Shown piece by piece: positions 33,925 to 45,200 of a DNA stretch of 64,000 nt. Position 1 is the first letter of the stretch; every line of letters begins with the position of its first letter. The stretch spans positions 36,210,001-36,274,000 of the forward strand of contig OZ076409.1 in NCBI GenBank assembly GCA_964187785.1, given 5' to 3'. The notes under the pieces are model-generated. The model had not been told where the DNA came from, searched no databases, and saw nothing but the letters and a program-made list of their open reading frames with translations. The stretch comes from Amphiscolops sp. MND2022 (Eukaryota). Position numbers and translations under genes: made by a program.

Positions 33925-36459
33925 CTAAGTGATGCCAGGAAATTGTTCAATACTGGCAATGGAGACATAGACGCGATCATGCAGAAATACAGTGATATCA
34001 GTTCCTGCCAAAACGTCCATGACACAATGATAAAAATTGTCCAAACTGCGAAGTGGGCGTTCAGGGTCCACTATGGGGAAGTGAATATCAGGGGTTTCGT
34101 TGGACAATAATGAAGCTTTCAAGTGCTCCAAGCATAAGAAAAAGTCATCGGTGATTTGTGGTGAACGCTGGGAGGGGCGTGTTATCATTAGGTGAATAAC
34201 TTGATTATCCATAAAAGACAATGAGGATGGGATAGTTAGGACTTCACCAACTGTTGGGCGAAGTTGGAATATTTTGTCGCAACCACACTCGCGAAGAATG
34301 TAGCGCAAGGCAGCAGAATTGGTATTAAGGTCTGCAGGGCAGCAAACTGCTACGTGGCCCTGCACCTGCAAGAAATCAGTTTGGTCGTAAACAATGTAGT
34401 CGACCAAATTTGGTCGTAGGGCACCAGGAAACACAATCTGACGTCCGGGACCTTTTTCATCAGCTGGGTCTATATGGTTCTGTCCACGAATAGCAGATAG
34501 ATCCTGCCATACGGACCTCGACAGAGACTGATTATCCACATTTGCTGTTGACCATGAATCCAGGGTACCAAGTGAAGTGTGGATCGTTACAGGCTCGTTA
34601 AAAGAATGGGTCCAATCATCCAAAAGGCGGATACGAGGGAAGCTGGCGAACAAAGTGATAATCAGCTCTAGCCACCATTGGAACCGTAGTTTTCCACAAT
34701 AAAGATCAAATATGTGGAAGTACAAAATGAGTTCCTCAGTGACAACAGTCCGCAATCTCTCTAGACAGCTCCGCAAGCTGTCAGGCTGGACCAAAGAGTG
34801 AGCATGTGGGGCAGTTACAAGCAACCACCAATATTGGGCTGGGAGATACACTTCACCAGGCTGACAGGTGATGCCGTATTTGTCAGATAAGAGGTCAGCG
34901 GTGATACAGCGAACCATTTGGATGGGTTCCCTCTCATAATTGAAAGGTCCAAATACAATGTTAGGAGTGACAGGAGGCACTGTGACGGCAAGTGTGAATT
35001 CCAATCCACGGAGATCGCTTGTCCACTCCTTGAAGCGAGGACAAGGTTCCTCAGCAATCTTGGATTTAGATAATTCTTCCAGCACGACGTCTACTGGGAA
35101 GATACATTCTCTTTCTAGTCCGGTGTATGTCTTCTCTGCGCGGATGACAACGCGACTGACAAGAAGCTTACCATTGTGGATAAAAGGTTGAGGCTTTGGA
35201 TCCACCGGAGCTTTCACAGGTCCAAGTGGGATAGTGGGCGATTTGTTCAGAGCCATGACACAAGTGCAATCGCGGAACCCACACGTTCCACATCGATATC
35301 GAGGTACTCGATTCCGGCGTAAGCCATAGTGTGGGTTAACCTGCGTTGCGCCTTGGTCTACATCGGATGTAAGCTGCGCGGTGGGCGCATCAGAGTCAGA
35401 ATCGGATGTAATTGATGGCTGTGTGTCACTTTCACGAGCTGTTTGCCGTGAAGAAATAGTGTGTCCTCGTGGCCTCCGAGGAGGTCGTCCTCGAGGACAT
35501 CCTCTGCGACTGGGAGTCCTTTGAGCGCGCACGCTCACGTTCTGCGACCGGGAATTTGTTGCTCGTGTCGAACAACGAGATAAAGCAGCTCGCGATCTGC
35601 CACTGCCACGCGTGCTAGGGACATTGTTCCGAGCAGTTGGCTCGTTGGTGTTGGATAACTCGGTGTCACGGGTTTCAGTGTTTTGGAGGTTGGAGGTACC
35701 ATTCTGCAATTGTGGAATACTAATAGGCACATCCGTCAATGTAGGATTCGTCAACAGAGGAGCAGGTGTACCCGCTAGTGATACTTCGGCTTCTCCAGTT
35801 GCAACGGGAATATCTTGCGATTGAGGTACTTCCGGAATAACTTCAGATTCGGATAAAAATGGAAGCTCGTAGTCATTGGCAGGTTCAAATGACCGAGGTT
35901 GTTCATCGGGAGGCATTGAGGCTTCGAATAGCGCCGGAGGTTCTGCCTGGGAATGATCTCGGGCATCTGACAGCAAGTCGTCAGAGCGCGAACGCTCTGG
36001 GTCGGAACTGAAATAGTCAAATTGCTGATAGTGGAGACGACTGCCTCCAGCTCGCATTCTAGTACGCAACCTGGTGTCCATCCAGTGGCGTCTCCTTGAT
36101 GGTAGCGATACATCTGATGCTTCAGAGAGCGGTTCTTCCTCGCGATATGAGGGTTGTGAGCAGTCATCTCGGATCTCCTCAGCAGAGTGCTCAGGCTCAG
36201 GATCCATGACAACGACCACTTCGCCACTCCCCGAGGGAAGCGCAACAAACTCCGTAGGGCCACCATGATGAGGTTTCAGCCGCTCAAAGTGCACTTTTTG
36301 TCCTGAGTCCAGGATATAGACGCGGCCATCTTGTAGTACATGGACAACCTTGTGCGGACCACGCCAAGCTCTCATCAACTTCGGTGATCTTTTTTGAGGT
36401 ACATAGCGGCAGATTACCCAAACGGGGTCTCCCATATTGTATGCGTTTGCACGAATAGC
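33925..36459 (-). pseudogene. Pol C-terminal extension of element A: SH3/GPY-F module, disordered linker, YxLR plus Cys4 motif, tandem TARG1-like macrodomains
   Basis: In frame with the integrase ORF across a single TGA (KYD*AIRANAYNMGDPVW; element B reads KFDRH here). Motifs WRGPHKV..VHFERLK; HYGLRRNRVPRYRCGTCGFRDCTC; MVRCITADL..PGEV..LRSCLERL; HVAVCCPADL..TVGEV..HLMITR..LEHLK..IHFP..DITVFLH. Confidence 0.8.
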
Positions 36460-39400
36460 TCAATCATATTTTAGCTTTTGACGTTGTTGCGCCTGATGCG
36501 TGTTTCTACGCACCAACTCATGAATCTCTTGCTGGCGAGCAAGAATATGCTCCACATAAGCTCCATGCGATTCAAATGATCTGGCTGCGAACTCCGGATA
36601 CAGATAGGTGAGAGGAATAGCCTTTTCGGTCCCTCGGGTCAGCATGTAGGGTGAAAACCCAGTCGTGGCATGGCGCGTTGAGTTATACGCTCCCATGACT
36701 TCATCCAAATGCTGGTCCCAATCTCTCATGCGACGCGAGCAAAATACCCGCAACAAAGTCAGCAAAGTCCGATTCTGTCGTTCAACCAGGCCTTGGGTGC
36801 GCGGATGACCCGCCGTAGAGGTACCTTTTGTGACCTGAGATGCCCTCATGAACTCATTGGATACCTCTGCAGTCAAGTTGGGGGCATTGTCTGATTGCAT
36901 CCGCGTAGGCGTGCCGTGTCTGGCAAACCATTTCTGCAAAAGCAACCTAGACGTGGTCACTGCATCGTAATCCTCATGGCTGCAGGGTACAGCCTCCGCA
37001 AACTTGGAGAAATGGTCAATTATCATCAATATGCCGGTGTTGTTGTTATCGGAGGGGCATATTTTCAGATGGTCATACTGGACTAACTCATTGAAATACC
37101 CACTTTGGATATTTTTCAAGTGAAATCGAACGTCACCCGGCCTGTCACGTACTTGCTGGCACGTGAGGCACTGACTCACGTACTGACCAACACTGCGGCG
37201 AATACCTGGACAGGTGTGGCGTTCTTGGATTCGCGAAACCACCTTTGCAATGCCTTGGTGGCCCATGGCATCATGAGCACGAAACAAAAATTCATGCTGG
37301 TACAATTGTGGCATAACAATCATGCACGGACGTTCGTGCAATGGACGTTGCTGAGGTGTATACTTAACACAAAGAATTCCATTTTTGTTCACAAACAGTT
37401 TTTTTTTCTGCTTGTAATAGTTACGCGTAAACGCACGCACGTCGTCAGGAAAAATGTCATGATCAATAGACTCTTGTGCTACCAACTTCTTTATGGCTAG
37501 AACATGCACATCACGATTCTGCGCCAAAAGCAGATCCTTGATGCCATGCACCGTGTTGGCATGTTTATGAAGTTCCGTGTCTATGTCTTTGATGGCTAGG
37601 GCAGCTTGCCTAGCCACCGTTGGAGCGGAAGCCATGGCTTGCTCCACTGTTTCGTCAAGGGCATATGTCATGCGTGAGGGGATATTTGCCACATGTGTAG
37701 GCAGCAAGTAATCTTGCCTAGCCTCTTCAGTGACGTCAATCCAGTCCTCAGGATAATCTGGATAGAAGTCCTCGTGAGTTTGCAATGTAGGCACTGGGGC
37801 CTCAGGTAGTGGAGCGCGTAGCGCCCTCTCCCTTTTCTCAGCGGCCTGACGGCGCTTACGCCGTCGTGCAACACGACAAACTGCATTTGTGGGGTCTGGT
37901 TTAGTGTTCCGCAAGTTTGCGGGCAATTGGGGGTGATTGGGTATCTCCCGACCATGCAAATCGAACCAAGGTGCAACGGGCAGCTGGTCAAACTCCTCTT
38001 GTGAGAGGAAATTCCATTTGTCCGTTACAGCTGGCAGCTTCTCGAGTTGCTTCTCTCGCCACCGATAATCATTGGTTCGTTTACTGAGGCCATCGGCATT
38101 CCTGTGCTGTGTCCTGGGACGATGCTCCACTTTGAAATGGTACTTCTCGAGTGCCATAACCCATCGACCAATCAAGGCCTGATCAGTGGAATACGTTTTG
38201 AGCCAAGAGAGAGCTTGATTGTCAACCCGAAGGATGAACTTTCTGGAGCAGAGATAACTGTGATTCTTCAAGATGAAATAATAAGCTGCGTACATTTCAA
38301 GCTTCGGAGCGCCATACTTCGCTTGAGTGGCATTCAACTTCTTGCTGCCATACGCAATTGGTCTCAGGCGCCTTTCGCCCGGAGGACCCTGCCACTGATG
38401 CAAAATGCCGGAAATTGCAACAGCACTGGCATCAGTGTCCAGCACAAATTCGCCCTCCGAGTCCGGTTGCGCCAAGGCAGTTGCCTCGATCAAAGCCAAT
38501 TTGACGGCGTTGAAAGCATGTTGCTGCTCATCCCCCCAGGCGAACGTTGGCCCAGTCCGGTAATAGCATGCAAGGGGGCCACAAGCTTGGCATGCCAAGG
38601 AATGAACTCTCGATAATAGTTGGCGAAGCCCAAAAAGCTTTGCATCTCTGTTTTGTTCTCCGGTACTTCCCAATCGCGTAGTTTTGCCACTGCTTTAGGA
38701 TCAGGTTTGATACCTTCGGCAGAGACCACACGTCCCAGGTACTTGATTTCCGACTTCATAAAGTCGCACTTAGTGAGTCTCATTTTGGAGCCAGCTTCGC
38801 GCAGACATTCAAATACCTCGCGTAAGCGTACCATGTGGTCCTCGACTGTCTCGGTAGCAATGACGAGGTCGTCAATGTACGCCATCACCATGCTTCCTTC
38901 CCGGTTCACAATTTTCCGTAGCGCTCGCGCTATGGCTCGCTGGAAAGTAGCTGAAGCGTTACACATCCCAAAGGGCATACGTCTCCGTTCAAACAAACCC
39001 AGCTCGCAAGCAAAGGCCGTTTTCTGCCTATCTGCTTTGCGGACTGGTATCTGCCAGAAAGCCCAGGCCAAATCAATGCTAGTGTAAATCTTGGCCTTAC
39101 CCAAGCGTGAAAGCCTTTCATCGATGCGTGGGAGGGGATATGCGTCCTTTATTGTGACAGCGTTGAGGGGGCGAAAGTCGCAGCAGAACCGCAACTCCCC
39201 ATTTTTCTTTTTTACCATCACAATTCCACTCGCCCAAGGTGACAGCGAAGGTTGGATCATGCCCAAAGCCAGGAGATTGCGTATCTCTTGATTGGCACGC
39301 TCAGCCTTTTCAGGGGACATCCTACGAGCACCTTTACGATACGGTACAGCCCCAGGCTCCAACTCAACAGGATGCTTTGCTATTGTGCAGCGACCAATGT

Positions 39401-40241
39401 CTGCTTTGTGCTTCATGAATAGGTCATCAAATTCCGTTGGGATGTTGTTCAGCGAGTCGCGGGCAGTCTGTCCCCACAACTTCTGTACCTCCTCTAACTG
39501 AGATTCGGGTCCAGGAATAGGGGCCAAGAGATCAGGGTCAGTGCGCTTTCTGATCTCGCGCTCTGACAACCCCTCCTCCGATGGGTCTGTAGAGGAGAGA
39601 AACTCGAACTCCGACGACGACGAACATTCTGAATGCGAGTTCAGGTCCATTTCAGAATAGACCCTGTTGACGAACTCATTTGGGGAGTCCGATTTTTCGT
39701 CACTCTCGCCTTTGTGCGCTAGCGCACATTGGGGAACTGCATGGTAGATTAGGCGTACTGGCGCAGCAGTACCAAGCATGGTGCCGCACTTCACTTTCTG
39801 GGCATTGCTTGTCAGATTGCCAACAGAGACATAGAACGAACCTGTCTCTCCAACAGTGGCTATAGTGTCCTCCACGAATATAGTGTTCTTCAGCAATCGG
39901 TTCGGTGTTGCAAAGTTAATCACCACATTTCTGAAAGCGAAAGCTTCCAAGTCCGAAGTGACCACCTTGGCACGTAGAACAGCACGCTCGAATGGCTGTA
40001 GCACATTGTCTTGATCCAAAATTACTGTACTGGATAAAGTTTCATCGCTCGTCTGGGGGTGTGCGTGATGCCACACGGGCTTAGCCGGGGCTCGCACCAC
40101 TATTTTCATGGAGGTCAGATCTACCAGCACGTTGTATGCTCGCAGAAAATTCCTACCCAGCAAGAAATCTTCCACGCCATGTGCGTCATCAACGACCACG
40201 AAATTTGTTTCGAGTTCATATCCACCAAGTTGGAAGCGCAC
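36460..40241 (-). pseudogene. pol: Pol core of element A: protease C-half, dUTPase-like region, RT, RNase H, integrase (frameshift near 38555)
   Basis: Motifs DFLLGRNFL; LRFCCDFRPLN; MPFGMCNA; YIDD; DTDASAVAISGIL; HDAMGH..CLTC; D-D-E residues in QYDHL, QSDNA and GLVERQN. Confidence 0.95.
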
Positions 40242-40262
40242 GCGCTCCGCTATTCCAAGCGT

Positions 40263-41117
40263 TTATATCGTCTTCCCATTAGCAGCATACAAGTCGATTC
40301 GATGAGGTTGTAGCGCTACACCTGTCCGCAAGGCTACACGGTTGAAAGCTGAGAAACTCATGATTGATACGCCTGACCCCGTGTCGACCATTCCTCTCAG
40401 TGGAATAGGGTTAGTATTTTGCACTGCGAAAGATACCACGAGCGACGCACGCTCATCTATGCGGGCCTCACCTGTGGGCTCTTGCTTGCTGACGCTATAG
40501 CAGCGTAATTCATGTGGCCCTAGACACACTCCTTGAGGGAACACATCTACTACCACGCTAGCATCAAATTTCATGTCCACGCCATCTATGTTGGCATGCA
40601 CAGGAACTGGGGTGTATGCCGTGCACGTACTAGCTTCGCCTTCAGTATACCATTCTTTTGGCAGTGGTAAGGAGATCTTTTTGACAGCCGAATTGCTAGC
40701 TAACTCCAGCTTCAATTTTTCCAAAGTCAAATGTGGGCGTATTTGTTCCGAGGCCAGCACTAGGTGTACAGACAATAAAGTCCGGCCACTAGGGTCAAAC
40801 GTTGTGGACTCCAAACTTGTCTGCACCTGTTTTGTGCCACAGGTGACAGTCAAGGGAGCATTTACAGTGGCTTGGTCAGCTGGACGTAGCATTAATACCC
40901 TGCCAGAGGCAGTAGACAGGGTTTGCGTTGCATCCGGTTTCTTCTTTTCTTCAGCCCTAGGGCTGGAAGTTTCTGACTGGATTGATAATGTTGGACAACC
41001 TGCAGAAACCTCAGTTGTGCACGATTTCACGGGGACAGCAGGCGCTGGAACCGCTGCTGCAGCTCCTTGCTGGGGCTCACTACGTGGGTCAAGAATATGC
41101 TCCGGGCGATGAACCAC
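40263..41117 (-). pseudogene. Pol N-terminus of element A: degenerate protease-like segment plus the aspartic protease active site
   Basis: Contains GMVDTGSGVSIM. An in-frame TAA at ~40263 separates it from the next ORF (GKTI*TLGIAERVRFQLG). Confidence 0.8.
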
Positions 41118-42238
41118 CAGCTTGCGTCTCGCTGCACGCAGGATTGCTCTAAGGTTGCGGTCTGTCTGTATTCAGGAGCTATGTGTACTGACGCAGCCGG
41201 CATCGGCAATCGCGTTTCATGCTGCAGCGATTCATGCTGCGGAGGCATTGGTGACCCCGGCACTTGGTCGCTCTGTAGGCACTGGTAAGGTACAGTCTCG
41301 GTGCACCCTGGGTCACGAGGCTGTTGTTGGTGACGACTCCTTTGGAGTTCCTGTACTGTGAACCGAAGTGACTCCACGGTAGGTGGGTCGGCTAAATACG
41401 CCTCTGTCGCAAACACCACCGTCAGTTCTCGTTGCAACACGGGTTCGCTGACCCCGTCCATGAACCGATGCAAGATTTCATAGCGTCGAGTAGTGATAGG
41501 CTCATCAGGAAAACCCTGACTCCTCAGACCCTCTAATGCATCTAGATACTGCATCAGGTCCTCTCTTTCAAGTTGACTTCGCAACCTGAAAGCCTGCCTC
41601 ACTGGCCAGCGGTTACTCCCAGTCCCAAATCTACTGGAGAGCAAGGTAGTCACCTTCTCGTGAGAATCCCGTTCGGACTCCGGTTTGTTGATTATGAAAC
41701 TTCGAGCTTCATCACCTAAGTGATCGATTATCGCCCAGGCCTTGTCGACAGGTGAAGCATTCGAATAAACTCGCTCCAAATACCGTTTCATCACGAGCAA
41801 CCACTCTTCAACAGTCCCGTCTTTCGAACCTCTGTATAAGGTTGGTCGAACAGCGGTTTGATCACGATTGGCAATCAAGGGAGCCAACTCTTTAGCTATA
41901 GTTTTGGATATCGCCTCCGTGAATTTCAACTGTTCGGGAGATATCAATTCATCTTTTGGGTCATCAGTACCATGATTGTCCTCGAGCAACCCGCCTCGAT
42001 CCATAGGCGACGTGTGAGCCATGCCCATGGTTGCGTTGTTCGAAGATATCGAGGCCGGTTCATCAATTGGTTGTGCTGCGCTGGTGCCCTCTCCCCCCTT
42101 CAAAAGGAAGCAGAGGCGTTGGAATTTTTCCGAAGGTTTCATTCCAGCGTTAGATGTAGTCCAGAGTGCGTCGCAGGCACTCAACACTGCTGACTTGCAC
42201 TGTTCAGGATCAAATTTCAAAGTTCCAGAGGAGTCCAA
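41027..42238 (-). CDS. gag: Gag (capsid-like) of element A
   Basis: Contains RPTLYRGSKDGTVEEWL..HLGDEARSF..LSSRFG..FRLRSQLEREDLMQYLDAL..FMDG, a typical retrotransposon capsid pattern, located upstream of the protease. Confidence 0.85.
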   Translation of the reverse strand: MDSSGTLKFDPEQCKSAVLSACDALWTTSNAGMKPSEKFQRLCFLLKGGEGTSAAQPIDEPASISSNNATMGMAHTSPMDRGGLLEDNHGTDDPKDELISPEQLKFTEAISKTIAKELAPLIANRDQTAVRPTLYRGSKDGTVEEWLLVMKRYLERVYSNASPVDKAWAIIDHLGDEARSFIINKPESERDSHEKVTTLLSSRFGTGSNRWPVRQAFRLRSQLEREDLMQYLDALEGLRSQGFPDEPITTRRYEILHRFMDGVSEPVLQRELTVVFATEAYLADPPTVESLRFTVQELQRSRHQQQPRDPGCTETVPYQCLQSDQVPGSPMPPQHESLQHETRLPMPAASVHIAPEYRQTATLEQSCVQRDASWWFIARSIFLTHVVSPSKELQQRFQRLLSP

Positions 42239-45200
42239 AATTTATGACCCCTGCAGGCAAGTTTTTTGAACCGTGGGATTTGCCTCGTTTGCGCCCAGGA
42301 AGGTCTTTTGGGTCCCTTCCGTTGGAAAATGAAGGCTTTTTGGGTTTGTCTCCTGTACAGCGGAAGTATTGAAGGTTTACACTGATAGTTTTTCTGGCGT
42401 TTTTTTGGAATTTTGTTCAAGACGTGTGTCTGAACTGAGTCAAATTCAGTTTTATCAATCGTACTGGGTAAAAAATGACACAGCACGTTTAGTCAGCCGC
42501 ACAAGTCAAAAAAATAACCTACCGTTGCTGATGATTGCCTCCAGCTCCAAGCTAGAGCCTTTTTCAACAATTTTTGGATTTTTCAACTGTTTTCGAAAAT
42601 CTCTCAAATGGCTTTTACAAGTGCTGGAAAAGTGGTATCGGGCTCAAAATTGGTCACGCGATCACACGTATAGCCAGCTACACTACAGTAACAACCAATG
42701 AGAATTCAGACCACTGGGCAAGATTTAGATCTGATACTGACGTTCCGTATCACCGTGTTTCGATTGACACTTTTTTTTACCTGCAATCAAAGACTCTCGT
42801 CCACAGTGCTGAGCTCTCGAGCTCACTTTTTTCAGCAACGGTGCACCAAATGACACTAATAAGAATAGTCCAGGGCAATGTAATTCCAACTTCCCAATAT
42901 GGTGCGCCGACAATTCCGAAAAAATGATCCAATTCGTTACAATACACAGGATATCACAACTTCAAGTAACAAAATGCTATGATCCAGCAAGACAGCCCAC
43001 TCGATACTGATCAAATATCACACGCACAGCAATGAACGAACTATTGGGAGTTCAAACTAGTGGTTTCCACTGGTTTCCAACACGTAGAAATGACTTTTTT
43101 CTCACTTTCCCAGTTTTCGTCTCGGTGAAACCTTAAACTGATACAATGACCATGCACGTCCAAGAAGAGTCAAAACCAGTTCCAAGGGTCGGAGTGTGCC
43201 GAAACGTATACAGCACTTCCAGATTGATGTACTGACCCAGAAAGTGAGTCCAGAATCGGGGTATTAGGATCCAGTCACAGGTCAGAAGTTTTTCAGGTAT
43301 TTTTTGGGTTTTTCAAATTCACTTGAAAAAAAACTCCAGAGGCTAGCGCTAACGGTAGAAACGCAGGATCGGCTTCAAAATCAACCACACAATTTCACGT
43401 ATGTTGAGGTACACGGGAAAAATAGCTGATTTGTGCTGAGATGACTAGGTGAAGTTTCAACACAGTATAGACTTTCGGTATCACTGTGTTCCAAGATGTA
43501 CTTGTTTTTCACGTGTCAACCCAGATTCTGGCGAACTGCTAAGAGCGCTCACGCTCGTTTTTTTTCGGCAACAACACGATAAATTTGCACTGGTTACGAT
43601 AGTCGGCAGCAATTTGGCCCCACTCTTTGAATAAGGTGTTCAGGCAATCCCACAAGACTTCGTAGAATTCGCCTTCTTGCGCACCTCCTTGTGCAGTTTG
43701 TTTTAGTCAATTTCTCAACAGATATAGTAGCAATTGACACCAAACTTGGCAGACGCTGTCAGTAGGCACCAATCACGCTGTTAGAGTAGTGAAATAGACG
43801 GTGGTAGGCTTGCAGGGGGTCTTCTCAAGGATTTGGACCTCTGTTCGTCTCGGTGAGGACTTAAGAAAATTGATGTTTTTTCAACGTCCAAGACTTCTGA
43901 AAACACGTTGTAAGGCTCGTAGGCTGTTCAAATTTGCACAGCGCTTTTCCACAACAAGCACACTGGGCCAGAAAATCAACCTGGTCTAGGGCAAAAAGTC
44001 TCCAGTCATCCACAGGAAGAATTTCAAAGAAGTTTTGGATTTTCGAAAAATCGCACCACAACACTTAAGAGGCTCCTGTGTGCGCTGGAAGCGCTGTATC
44101 AAGCCCAATATTGACCAGCAGATCTTAGGTACACGTAGGTTTACGAAAATGAATACAGTTTTGAGCTGCGCCCCTTCTACACAGTTTCACCTAGGTACAG
44201 ACGTGCGGTATCACTATGTACCGAAATGCACTGTTTTTCATGTCTTTTTCAAGATTGCGGTCCACTGGAAAGAGCTAGCAAGCTCAAAAGCTCTGCAACA
44301 ACGTAGGAACTAGCACAGGTTACAATGGTTGGCTGCAATATAGCCCCACCCGTCGGCTAAGGTGCCCGGGTTACTTGGAAAAACTAAGAAAAAACTGCCT
44401 TTTTGCGCACCTTTTTGGGTTCCACGTTTTTCTTATTTTCTCAACAAGTATCACACAGATCGGCACCAAACTTGGTAGTTTATGGCAGTGGGCACTTACA
44501 ATGCCACTAAAATGGTCGAATTGAAGCGCGAGCGCTTATTTTAGGTTTCGACCCACTATGTACGTTGTACACGAAAAAACACTGTTTTTGACGACTTTTT
44601 TTTACAAATTGACCAAGAGGATCACCTCAGAAAGTGATACGGCGGGCAAAATGGGACCAACGTGTTGCCCCACTATCCGTAGCACTGGGATAAACCCTCA
44701 ATTTGTGGTGCCCACTAGGTGTAAGGCACTGACAGTCCTGCAGTTTTGGATTTTTTCTGTCCTTTTACGCTTTTCTGAAGTCGAAACGTCAGAGAGCTTT
44801 TCTCGACTTTGGTGAGCGATACGCCCATTAAAATTTCGGCACTAACGTTAATTTTTGTGGTGATTACGAAAATGCAACCACTTTTTGGCTAGGGTTCAGG
44901 AATCGATGACCCGACCCTAGCTCAGAGACAGTCCGGTTTTGTGGAAAATTGATCAAATTCAGTGCGTTTTTCCACTTTTCTCAGCACTGAATGGGAGTTT
45001 TTACACGCGGTTTTCACCACCACGCGTTATTTTTACTATAAAAACAGAAAATGAGAGCGCGCGGGCTCCCAGGTCTCGAAAACACTGAGTGCCCCAGAGG
45101 TTTTAATGATGCACTCTGGCACTCCTGAAACTGGCCAAAAATCAAGGTTTTTCGACCTGTTCTCACCAAGAAAACGTTACAAACTCTCCTAAACTCTATT

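Noticed and set aside
32811..33925. env-like gene in element A
   Set aside because: Only ORFs under 100 aa are present, with no signal peptide or transmembrane architecture.
41027..41172. Programmed -1 gag-pol frameshift
   Set aside because: The frames overlap in -1 register but no slippery heptamer is visible. It cannot be distinguished from a mutation in this defective copy.
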